The notes under the pieces were generated by a model. The model had not been told where the DNA came from. It did not search any database and saw only the letters and a list, made by a program, of their open reading frames with translations. From assembly GCF_006345805.1 (NCBI RefSeq), contig NC_043001.1, positions 95,046,001 through 95,110,000 on the forward strand: 64,000 bases of DNA. Reading direction: 5' to 3'. Of this stretch, positions 37,574-49,246 are shown in pieces (position 1 is the first letter of the stretch; every line of letters starts with the position of its first letter). The DNA is from Octopus sinensis. Its lineage: Eukaryota. The translations under genes and the position numbers were made by a program.

Positions 37574-38862
37574 TAGGTGTGATTTTATGGGCATGCATGA
37601 ATTTGCATCTGAAATGCGCATTTATAAAAAAAAATAAAATATATTTAATTAAATCACGAGTCCATTTGTACATCGACCTTATCGAAAATATGTATATGAC
37701 AAGATTCAATCTTAGTGTTGATGCACAGAAACTTATATTTATTCATTAAATGTACTTCCTATCTCCACTGCAAACCCTATACAGAATGCAACGGAATGTA
37801 ATTAAACAAAAAAAGCAAAGACATGAACGGTAAGAGTGGATAAGGAATCGACGACTTGATATTCCATTCAATAATATACACAAATCCACGCGTATAATAA
37901 TACAAACGTACCCAAACACAGATCCATACACGAAAATATGAATAGATACATGAATGCAGGAATAAATGTATATTTACCGTTACATTGTACTAAAAGTTCT
38001 TAAATCTACCCGATTTAATATCACATAAATTAAGAATCCTGTTCAAAAAGTATAATTCCGTCTATCAATGTAGATATGTCAGCATATCCTTGAATATGTT
38101 ACCGAGTATATGTGTGAGTGTGTATGTGCATGTAAAAAGTAAGAGTTGTCAGGTACGTATTTGAAAATGTAAAAATATATTTTGTTTTTCAAACATTATC
38201 TGATATGAATCGCAAGAGTCAAGTTACTTTTAATCACAAACTGTTCTGATATACTGGAACGCAAACTCATGTATGAGCGAGACATTTTCATTTGCATATT
38301 CACACCAACACACACACACACATATGGATAGAGGGATCCATATATGTATGTATATGTGTGTGTAGGCGCAAAGCTTAGTCGGATATACTTGCGAGGTCCT
38401 GCTGTGTGGCTTATAATTCCCAGGCCTTGACCCCACAAGTTTTGTCGGTGCAGCCTCGTGACCTACAATAAGGAAACGCTACTTTCCAAATCCGGCAATA
38501 CAGCGGATTCTGTGTTCATTTCCACCTTCGAGACATTGAAGAGTTGGAGACATTTCTTGGTACATCTCGTTAAGTTTGTTGATATAGAGGACGTTGTCAG
38601 TGTTTTGGCTGAAATGCATTATTTAAAAAAAATGTGTAAGTAAATTATACGAGAAAAAGTTGGAAAAAAGTTCAGTTCTCCCCTTAAAGGGAGACTTTCT
38701 TGACTCGATACGTCCCCTGATAAGAAGGCTCAGAGTCGGTAACACACTAATATTCAAAAACATAACACAATTTAGGTTGACACATTGCAAAACTCACAAA
38801 AGGAAAAATATCACGTCATTTCGGTCGAAATTGTCGCCATCTACGACGGGAGAGTTCATTAT

Positions 38863-38927
<65 letters not shown>

Positions 38928-40059
38928 AGGGCAGAATAGTAAGTGCTAACTTAGAGATTGAAGGTTGGTTTTAGTGATCAATGGGTAACGTTTGACCAAG
39001 GATGATGCAAGATTGGTTGATCGAAATGTTGCTATATTGAACAGAAGGTGTGTTTGTGAGAAAGACAGAAATATAGATAGTGAGAGAGTGTTAATTAGAT
39101 AGATAAATAGATAGGTATGTTGATATGTATAAATAAATAGATAGATAGGTATGTTGATATGTAGCAGGGGGCCGTTACAAGAATCGCACGCGCAGTGCAG
39201 GTGAGAGTACAATATAGATGCCGGTGAAGAATGTAAATTTGACTAGTCGTCCGAACGGAAGAGTGATGTAAAATAAGGATGGCGAGTGCAGTATTTTGGG
39301 TGAAGTACGGATATCGCTGGAAAATGTTATCGAAATAATCAGAAAGATTAGTGCAAACGTCTCGAAAATGGATGCATAATTTTATATCGTACTAGATACA
39401 TTATCCATACACAACGATGGCAATAATATTGTTGGAGAGCCTTGTGACAAGATGTCAATTTGTTAAGATATAAGTAAATGTATATGTGTACAAAGGAAAA
39501 GATTTGTACTCTTCAACAAGTCGATCTGCTTTTGAAACATTAATATGAAAATGCGGCAATTCTGGATTTGGTTGAGTGTATCACGAAAAGATATACTGAA
39601 AAATGGGGGCCAAATGGTAAAGGGAATTGGTATTTAAAAACAATATATATATATATTGCGATTCATTTAAATAATGTCCACAAATATGTGTAGAATCTGC
39701 CCAGCAACTATATTAAGTTCATTATTGAATTTAGTTTAAAGTAATTATTTACTGATACCTATATGTGGAAAACTAAGGAACACGTATTTTAAAATACTAT
39801 ACGGAAAAAAAGAATACAAGTTTTGTTAAATGCATGCAGAAAGGTAAAAACAGAATAAATTACAGATCGAAGAAGTGGTACCTGCAATGATCCGAACCGT
39901 TCCAGCTGATTGCAGGACATGTGGAATTGACGAGCGAATCGCGGTAAACTTATTTGTAAAAAGGATATCCTCTCTATTCCTGAAAATTTCGACAACAATT
40001 AACTTTCGTCTGCATTTGTAAGTTCGCATGAATGACAATAATTGATATTGAGAATACCG

Positions 40060-40455
40060 ATTTTACTTCTGGCACAAGGCCAACAAGTTCGCCTCGTTCA
40101 TGTGGTACTTGTATTATCAACTTCGAAATGATGAAAGCAAAGTCGACGTTGGCGAAATTCGAACACAGAACGTGTAGATGAACGAAATGTCACTAAGCAT
40201 TTTGACCGGCGTGCTATCGATTCTTATTTACTTATTGCTCACAAAGGGCTAAACATAGATGGGACAAACAAGGACAGACAAAGGGACTAAGTCGATTATA
40301 TCGACCCCATTGCGTTACAGGTACTTATTTAATCGACCCCAAAAGGATGAAAGGCAAAGTCGACCTCGGTGGAATTTGAACTCAGAACGTAACGGCAGAC
40401 GAAATACGGCTAAGCATTTCGACTGGCGTGCTAACTTTTCTGCCAGCTCGCCGCC
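40060..40455 (-). mobile_element. S4 SINE-like repeat, two-unit form
   Basis: The reverse complement of 40230-40455 matches the first unit of 52421-52850; the second unit is at 40060-40222. Confidence 0.8.
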
Positions 40456-41622
40456 CTTAGCAGAGCTATCGGTAGCTACCTTTGGTGGTGCTATCGATTC
40501 TGGTAGCCCGCCAGCTTTCATACTGACTGAGACTACTGAAAATAATGACAAAATATATTAAGCTGCATCTTTTTTTTTTCTAGAGGCTGCATTTCGAACT
40601 TAACCTCATATTTGAAAGTTTCACTTGGATATGGATAAAATTTATCACTTCTAGAAAATTAAGTTAATTTCTTTACAATGTCAGCAGTGGTGTATGTCAC
40701 TGTATTTCGAAAATTATACGCTCAAAAATTAACATACATGCATTTATCGATATGTAAGAAAAGTCTTTAACAATTATAGGGCAGCAAATCTTCCATTTAT
40801 CTTTCTTGTTCTCAGTTAAGAGGAAGAGTTCATTAATGCTGAATATGAAAAGAGTTAATATAAAATACTCTTAAAGTTTATGCAGGTAAATGTTTATTCA
40901 TAACCAAGTTTATAAGTGTCTTATGAATATGGAATTACAGAAATATGTGTCTTTATAATTAGTGAAATGAAATGAAAAACTATTCAAATGCATGCATCTT
41001 GCTAACCAATTTTCTGCAGACGGGAAATTTTCTGCAGACTAATTTTACAATTAGTCCGCTTAGCGCAGCCCTGAGCATGAAGAAATTTAACTGACTGAAA
41101 AAACATTTTCTGAATTTATAATATTTTTATAACCACAAAAAAGTTATAAGATATTTTGATACACGGCATTAGAAATACTTTACTTGATTTCTCTATCAAA
41201 GATTGTTGTGATGTATCTTGCTTAGTGTTGAAGTTATATAACTTGAAGTCGAAAACAGCAATATATAAGTTGTCCATGAGGGCAAAGTGCTTTTGGAAGA
41301 GACTATTTTATGGAATAAATTTTAATGCTGACATGTTGTTTATTATATTGTCCGTGACTCCACCATATCTCATGTCGCAAATATGAATAGAATAATGGTT
41401 GAATTTTATTTAGTTTTCCCCTTTAAATGGTAAAAGCAGAAATAGTTTCAAACAACTGATACACGATCACTGGATATGTACATATATATGATAAAGGAAT
41501 TCGTCAAAAGTTTGATTTCTCATAATTATACTTGTACATTGTCATCATTGTGTAACGTACATTATGCGTATATGACCAAGTATCTATCTATCTATGTATC
41601 TATCTACTTATCTATATATGTA

Positions 41623-41681
<59 letters not shown>

Positions 41682-41794
41682 TATATATTGAAAAATGTGT
41701 GAGATGCTTCGTACAGTTAGGCATCTTTGATAAAAGAAAGTGAATGACTTTACTGGTAGTTCTAATCAGTTTAATTTAATATTTAAAATATTTA

Positions 41795-41859
<65 letters not shown>

Positions 41860-42224
41860 CGCGACTCCGCCGGAGTCTATAGACGCTATCCGAAAGATCG
41901 GGACAAAGGATATCATCCCACATGCTGAAAGAATGCGGAACAAAAAAATCAGACAGTTGGAAGCCAGAAGGCAGTGAGGAGATGTAATATGTGGCCATCT
42001 CGTCTGACCCGCAAACGATGTGTGAGGGTGGGGCAGTTATGAAGTTCAGACTCCAAATGTCCGATGCATGTTGGATACCCGTCTCACGAGATCAATTCTC
42101 CATGGCCAGGGCTCCATTCGCTTAGACGAAGGGAAAAGCACCTCTTTGTAGGTGTTATTAATATATGTTATTAACATACAAATACATTCACACAGACACA
42201 CACACACTCACCACACCACACAAA

Positions 42225-42282
<58 letters not shown>

Positions 42283-42295
42283 ATAGTAGGTGTGA

Positions 42296-44400
42296 GAAAA
42301 AATGAGTTTCATTGGGAAGGTAAATCCTCATAGGCGTATATGGCATTGCGCGGCAAAAAATCCTATGAAGAACCACCAGGAACACCTATCAACTATAAAA
42401 CTCCCCCTTATAAACGAACTAAGAATTCCAAAACTACTCATTTAAAATTAAACGAATTTGACTAAATAGTGGTAATAACAACACAGTTTCAGCTAATACA
42501 CATTCTAATTTAATTTCTAACGAGACTAAGAAACAAACGGAAAGAAATCGAACCAATAGAATATTAATGTAAACCCTTCCGACGAGAGTAACACCGATCA
42601 TATAAGAGGACTTAGGGGTAGAAACAGTAGATTCCGTAATTATATATGTTATAACATACCATATAACATAGCGGTTAAGGATAAATTAAGCAATAAAATA
42701 TTCTCAATAATTTCCAATAACTTCCCACCCACCCATAAGTATAGAAGCATCCTCTCAAATCAAACTATTAGGATATCCTACTCAACTCTACCTAACATGA
42801 GCTGCCTCACAGCTAAACACAATAATATTAAAATTTGAACAGCTAGATTAGTGACAAATAATAATGATCACTCGAACCCCAACAATCCAGGCATTAGCAT
42901 TAGTAGCAGCCAAACCCATAACATTAATCTTAATCATTGTAATAGTCAATATAACAATAATCAGGACAGTAGCAGTAACACCGAAACTGCTAGTAACAAC
43001 ACCCATCACAACAACACCGGCAGCACTATACCCAATTAATATATATCTAACGAAGATAATACTGCTACTACCCTTAATGTGATAGCTCAATCCACATTGA
43101 AAAATAATCGTAAACTTAATTATACCAATTGTAATAACTATATAACTAGCACTAATAATAATAACAACGCAGAACACAGTTCCAATATCAGGACTCGAAG
43201 CGGAGGAAAGATAGACCAAAACAACTTAAATAGCACCAATAGTGACAATAACAGTAACAACGGCGAAAATACAAGCAGAACATCCATCCACCACAATAGC
43301 AACCTCCACAGTAACCATACACAAATTACCTGCCCTAGGACTAATAACAGACGGCCGGGAAATGCAACACACGGATGCAACTGCGCAAATGCACCAGCAT
43401 GTCCCTTACGCGGAAAATATTTAGCTAAAAACGTAATTTATTCCTGTGAAGTAAGTACCCAATTCAACATACTTACCTATATTGGTTGCTCATCCGTCTG
43501 GAAATCCATATTCTATAACCACCGGTCATCCTTTAGGCTCAGACACAAGGCTAGTAGCACCACTTTATCTAGAAAAAATTGGGAACTTATAGACAATAAT
43601 ATAGATTTTAGCCTTAGGTGGTCCATTATCGGATCAGCTGCGCCTTATAAAAATAATAGAACAGGGTGCCAACTGTGTTGCGTAGAACTCCAGAATATCT
43701 TCAAATTCAAGGAGAAAAACAAATTAATTAATAAAAGATCTGAATTTAAACCTTCTTGTACGCATAAATTGACTAAAACCTTCAAATATTACAAGGCTTA
43801 GGCTCATATACATAAATCTCCAATGTAATATCCTCATATCCACTTACAGCATTGTTAACTCCAGCACTTCTCGATTACTCTTCCCCATATCATTTTCCGC
43901 TTCTAACTTTGATGTTGAGTCTATTTCCCTGAATTTGTTTCATCCCCCTCACCTCTCTTTTATCGCTTATGATTGTTCCCTAATTTCTCCTTTTCCTACC
44001 TATGTCTTCCTAACTCCAACCTTTCCTTTCTGATTTTTCCTACCTTTCTGGGTTTTTATGTTTACATTCACGTTTATTTTTTATTTATTTTTTAATTTTT
44101 TTTACTTTATTTATTGTCAGTTTACTCTCTCAGCCCGATTTTACTTTTATTTTTTCATTAGTATTTTTTTATCTTCTTTTTACCTTCATTTTCGTCTTAT
44201 CTTTATTTTCTCCTCTATTTTAAATTTCTTAATCATTTTTAATTTCTTAATCTCTAATCCTCTAAACTTTTGTTTAACATATTCTTCCCTATTTTTATTT
44301 CTGTTTTTATTTTTCTCTAATTTTGCCGCATCTTTTTTTTCTGCTACCCTTACACATCATTAACTTGCTAATTATTTATTTATAATTTATTTATTTAATT
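42296..44400 (+). mobile_element. Penelope-like element lacking the RT core: linker, Asn/Thr-rich insert, GIY-YIG endonuclease, pyrimidine-rich tail
   Basis: 42620-42838 translates RNYICYNIPYNIAVKDKLSNKIFSIISNNFPPTHKYRSILSNQTIRISYSTLPNM (PLE RT-EN linker). ORF 43079-43801 carries the endonuclease. 43800-44400 is T/C-rich. Confidence 0.8.
43079..43801 (+). CDS. GIY-YIG endonuclease of PLE type with an Asn-rich N-terminal stretch
   Basis: CNCANAPACPL, KNVIYSCEV...TYIG (VIY-YIG), YNHRSSF, STTLS, WSII...APY, CQLC, NKRSE. Confidence 0.8.
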   Translation: MIAQSTLKNNRKLNYTNCNNYITSTNNNNNAEHSSNIRTRSGGKIDQNNLNSTNSDNNSNNGENTSRTSIHHNSNLHSNHTQITCPRTNNRRPGNATHGCNCANAPACPLRGKYLAKNVIYSCEVSTQFNILTYIGCSSVWKSIFYNHRSSFRLRHKASSTTLSRKNWELIDNNIDFSLRWSIIGSAAPYKNNRTGCQLCCVELQNIFKFKEKNKLINKRSEFKPSCTHKLTKTFKYYKA

Positions 44401-44714
44401 GTTTATAATCGTTACATCAACGTATTCGAGAGAGACATTTAGACTATGTGGGTTATTTTTGCGTGTGTGCATGAATGAATCTTCGAACGCATAGGTGTGG
44501 AGATTTGTATTTTTCGAGAGTCACACGTACCCTTGCGTGGAAGTATGTACCTACGCAAATGTACACACACTCGTGCACGCGTGTGTATATGCGAATATGG
44601 GCATATATGTGCATGTGTGTGTCTATGTGTGTCTATGTGTGTACCTGTAGATGTGTGTGTATATATATGTATGTATGGATATATATATATATATATGTGT
44701 GTATATATATGTAT

Positions 44715-44759
<45 letters not shown>

Positions 44760-44985
44760 ATATTTGTACCCTTTTGCTCGAGTGCATAAGGATATATATG
44801 CAGGTGTGTGCATGCATGTGAATGGGTGTACAGGTTTCTGTGCATGTGGGTGTATATAAGCATATGTAAGCAGGTGTGTGTACGCATGAACTTGAGTGAA
44901 CATGTACGAACGCATACATGTGGGTGTATGCATGTGTTTGTGTGTGTATGTGTAAGGGTATCATTGTATATGTGTACATGGTAAA

Positions 44986-45025
<40 letters not shown>

Positions 45026-45363
45026 CATATGTATATGTGTGTGTAGGGATATATACATATATGTGTGTGTGTATCTGTGTGTGCGCATGTGCGTGTGTAC
45101 GTAGGTTTTTGTGTGCAGGTGCATGCACGATTTTCCTTGGGTGTATATGTATATATATATATGTATTGTTTGTGTATATATATATATATATAATAATAAA
45201 TATTAGGGAATAAATCCAATTTACAGGGAAAAAATCAGATTTAGGATTAATCGATTTTAGTAAAATATTATAAAATATTATTCGAGACAAAACCACTATT
45301 TGCAAAACAAACAAGGAAAGACTTAATCAATACATAAATTTTAATAAATAGTCAAAAAAACCG

Positions 45364-45406
45364 CCACTACAATCGTTTCTTGTCTTGATCGACAATCTTC
45401 AGGTGG
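45364..45406 (-). ncRNA. Predicted minimal type I hammerhead ribozyme (left arm)
   Basis: CCAC CUGAAGA UUGUC-GAUCAA-GACAA GAAA C-GAUU-G UA^GUGG: complete conserved core, 4-bp stem I, 5-bp stem II, 2-bp stem III and a GUA cleavage triplet. Confidence 0.7.
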
Positions 45407-45432
45407 ACTTCCAATAATTCAGTGTCAAAGTC

Positions 45433-45473
45433 CACCTGAAGATTGTCGATCAAGACAAGAAACGATTGTAGTG
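45433..45473 (+). ncRNA. Predicted minimal type I hammerhead ribozyme (right arm)
   Basis: Same core: CUGAAGA 45436-45442, GAAA 45459-45462, GUA 45468-45470. Stem I is 3 bp because one G is missing. Confidence 0.65.
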
Positions 45474-45589
45474 CGGTTTTTTTTGACTATTTATTAAATT
45501 TATGTATTGATTAAGTCTTCCTTGTTTGTTTTGCAAAATAGTGTTTTGTCTCGAATAATATTTTATATATATATATATATATATTATAG

Positions 45590-45764
45590 TTAATCCCAAC
45601 AAGAAAGCACAAAAAAAACACAACAACGCAAGGATGTGGAACAGATATAGTATTATTGGACGCTCAAGAAAGAAAGAAAGAAGGAGGGTTTAACGTTTCG
45701 AGCGGAGCTCTTCCTTGGAGAAGGATAGATCCAGAGAAGGGAAGACAGGAAAAAATCGCCAACG

Positions 45765-45765
<1 letters not shown>
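45590..45765 (-). mobile_element. Family A-related repeat; 3' half of the hammerhead core retained
   Basis: Minus strand A GAGC-UCC-GCUC GAAA CGUU AAA; the 5' CUGANGA is corrupted (CUCCAAGGA). Confidence 0.5.
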
Positions 45766-45796
<31 letters not shown>

Positions 45797-46062
45797 ATTT
45801 GTGTATGTGTAGGGGTATGCATGTATATGTGCATGCGTGCATGTACTTATATATGGGTTTATTTGTATATATATATATATATTTAAGAAAAGGAGATGTC
45901 GAACACGAGTGGTGATATATAAAAAAGGAAATGAAGAAAATGCTGACAAATAATTGAAGTAATTTAAGTAATTTAATTAGGTGAAAGTTCTTTTTACCGG
46001 TTGCGCATTTGTTATGCTTATCAAAATATAAAAGAGAGATTAGAGTCTGTCTCTTATATGTG

Positions 46063-46325
46063 AAAAAAGAGGCTCCAGAGTTGTTTTGGATTTGCTTGGT
46101 TCGCGCCTAAAATTTTGATTGGTCATTATGAAGGGGTCACGTGAATGTTGAATGGAAGTTGGTGTTGGGGTAAGAAAAAAGGCTCCAGAGAAGTTAAAAT
46201 TTGGCTAGTGTCCCGCCTAAAATTTCTTATTGGCCATAATAAGAGGTCACGTGAATGTTTAGAATTTTCGAAAATAGTGTTGTTGAAAATTCTTATTGTT
46301 CAGGCTGGTCAGAAGACGTCATGTG
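46063..46325. promoter_or_regulatory. Tandem duplicated (period 110) module with E2F-like, CCAAT and E-box sites, plus a CRE-like site
   Basis: TTCGCGCC 46100 / TCCCGCC 46211; ATTGG 46118 / 46229; GTCACGTGA 46136 / 46246; GACGTCA ~46315. Confidence 0.5.
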
Positions 46326-46669
46326 GATATTTTAAATAGCTTTTTAGCGCGTAGTTAGGGAGTGTATTTTCCGCTTGACTGGATAAGTAAGTTCGTTAGA
46401 ACAGGGAGAGCTGTATGTATGTATGTGTGTGTGCGCGCGCGCGCGTGTGTGTTTATATGTATGTTGGGGCGCGCGCGCGTGTATATATGTGTGTGTGTGT
46501 GGGTACAATTTTCAATATTTATAGTTCTGCTGGCCTTGTGCCTGTATCGGGAAGCAACGTATTTGTGTGAAGTCAATATTTACAGCCATTTCCAAAAAAT
46601 AGTGTTGGATGTTTTGCACCCGTTTCAATTATGTGTATGTGTGGAACCATATATTTGTGTGTGTCATGG

Positions 46670-46869
46670 TGTTAATATCTGGGTAAAGGTGTGTGTAGGT
46701 GTGTGCAGGTGTAAGTGTGTTTGTTGTGGGTTCGTGTTAGGGGCATGTGTTTAGAAGTGGTCTGTATTTATTAATAATAAATACAGACCACTTCTAAACA
46801 CATGCCCCTAACACGAACCCACAACAACACACTTACACCTGCACACACACCTTTACCCAGATATTAACA
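46670..46869. repeat. Long near-perfect palindrome (arms 104 and 95 nt, 1-nt centre)
   Basis: 46670-46773 versus 46775-46869 differ by one 8-nt and one 1-nt indel; the right arm ends in (TA)n. Confidence 0.92.
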
Positions 46870-47149
46870 TATATATATATGTGTGTGTGTGTGTGTATAT
46901 GTATATATATATATATATATACATGTACGTGTATATGTATAAATGTATATGTTGATTAATAATAACACCGTTTCAGACGGTTTTTATCTGCGAAAGTAGA
47001 TAAGTATATAGACACACACGTATATACAGACTCATCATACTTAGAGCACGCACCTTAGAATGACCATTCGCCCACTACCATATCGCTCCCCAGATAATTA
47101 AAATTTAATTACGGCACTCACCAAGACATCAAAATCCTAACCCATCATC

Positions 47150-47680
47150 TCTAACCGCCATGTATTTTTCTGTATCTCTTTATCTTTATCTCACTTGATC
47201 TTTATGTTCACTTTTTGTTATCCTTTTATCCTTTTATTTTTCGTCTTTATTTTTTCGCTTCTTTATTTTTATTTTCATTTCTTTGTTATTTTTTACTTTT
47301 TATTTTACTTCTTACCCTTTATGTCTTGTACCTTCTACACTTTCACAATGCATTTTTAGAATTTATGACCCTATATGTGACATCCTTTCTATCTTTATAT
47401 ACTTATTTTTTACATCTTTATTTTATTATATTTTCTACTTACTATTATCCTGTATAATTATGTTTAAATTGATACATATATTTTTTTACTCTTTGTGATC
47501 CCAACTTCATCAAAGATTCACCCCCTTCCACTCCTTTCCTCTTTCTCTCAACATCCAACCCCTTCATTCTTTATTGACTGAAAAAATGGTATGGACGTTT
47601 TGTTTTGGTGTTTCGCAACGCCATATACGCCTATGAGGATTTACCTTCCCAATGAAACTCGGGTTTTTTCCCAAACATTT
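47150..47680 (+). mobile_element. Pyrimidine-rich PLE-like tail ending in a segment shared (inverted) with the start of the 42.3-kb PLE
   Basis: T/C-rich stretch like 43800-44400; 47620-47660 is the exact reverse complement of 42304-42344. Confidence 0.5.
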
Positions 47681-47926
47681 TCTCAAACCTGCTATAATGT
47701 AATACATGTCTTTGGTGTGGTAATTGTACGCGGCTGAAGGAGGCTTTTGACTTGCCTGCTATATCAATTATGCATTGATATAATTTGTTCAATAAAGCCA
47801 GAAACATATGTACCGCAAAATCCTTTGCGTCCGGTTTTTCTTTTGATACATATATCCTATCACCTATACCACTTGCTGGCATATACAGGTGCTTACAGTT
47901 ATCAAGTACCCACCCTGAATTTTTTC

Positions 47927-47973
<47 letters not shown>

Positions 47974-48067
47974 ATATATAATATAATATATATATATAAT
48001 ATATATACATATATATATATATGTATACCCCACACACATAATCACACACACACACACATACACACAT

Positions 48068-48252
48068 ATGTTACCGCTTGTGTATAGTTGGCCATTTTCT
48101 TTCTCCATCCTCCCTTCTTTGGACTATTTCTATATTTCTGACGAAGACCTCCGCTCGAAATGTAATAGACATTCTCATTTCCCGAACGTTAAAATAATAC
48201 AACTGTTTGTTGTTTACACACCCGTCTTCATCTTTTGTTTTTCTGTAAGTTC

Positions 48253-48258
<6 letters not shown>
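48068..48258 (+). mobile_element. Family A repeat with hammerhead-like core
   Basis: 48138-48164 reads CUGACGA A GACC-UCC-GCUC GAAA UGUA; the downstream part aligns with 85-175; TA/CA tracts lie on both sides. Confidence 0.6.
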
Positions 48259-48311
<53 letters not shown>

Positions 48312-48777
48312 CATGGACTGCATGTGAGAGCTACACGTAGACAGTGACAATAGATTTGAAGAATGTATAATGCGTTTACTATTAATATTGTGATCAACGG
48401 GGAATTGTTATTTGGAAAATATGACATTTGTACCGAAAACACTTTCCTGTATTTGGTATTGTATAATGTTTGACTGACATAATTTCAGCGAAAACGAAGT
48501 AATACATCTTATTTCTATCGTATTTTCTTTTGTTTATTTCATTACAATTCCTGATGTTTCATGAATTTTCCTCGAGTGACGTGGTAATGTTGCGATGATT
48601 TGACGTCAATTGGTGATCGAAATTGTTAATTTTGTAGAAGTTCATTCAGCAGACATGCATATTTTTCAATTAGTCTATTAGTTTCATTACTTGTTTGGCT
48701 CTATTACGCGTGACATCGTAGAATTCAGCTACAAAACACACACACACACACACTCACACACACACACACACACACAC

Positions 48778-48827
<50 letters not shown>

Positions 48828-48852
48828 ATATATATATACATACATATATATG

Positions 48853-48890
<38 letters not shown>

Positions 48891-48893
48891 CGT

Positions 48894-48925
<32 letters not shown>

Positions 48926-48970
48926 CGTATACATATATTTTCACATACACACACACACATATATATATAT

Positions 48971-49246
48971 GACCGACCAGGCTATCAGATGTTGCTACAC
49001 ATCGCAGGTCACAATGCACTTCGCATTGCTTTACCCTTTAAATGACACCAACTCGCTGGCTAAGCGGGCAGGCCAACAGAAGAAAGAGTGAGAGGAAGTT
49101 GTAGTGAAAGAGTACAGCAGGGATCGCCACCAGCACCTGCCGGAGCCTCGTCGAGATTTAGGTGTTTTCGCTCAATAAACACTCAATCGAAACCGCGATT
49201 CTACAACCGCAAGTCCGCTGCCCTAACCATTGGGCCATTGTGCCTC
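48971..49246 (-). mobile_element. SINE family S1
   Basis: The reverse complement aligns with 1148-1452; same TG-repeat/head and tail/TA-repeat context. Confidence 0.85.

Larger units (their letters stand above)
45192..45566. mobile_element. Foldback element (family C): ~80-bp unique leader plus ~140-bp inverted arms and a 17-nt spacer, between TA tracts
   Basis: Arm 45270-45410 and arm 45428-45566 are reverse complements apart from a few single-base indels; spacer CCAATAATTCAGTGTCA. Sister copy at 62878-63127. Confidence 0.9.

Noticed and set aside
47680-47935. About 100 open codons on the minus strand (SGWVLDNCKHLY...)
   Set aside because: No start outside the microsatellite and no recognisable domain; embedded in repeat-derived DNA.
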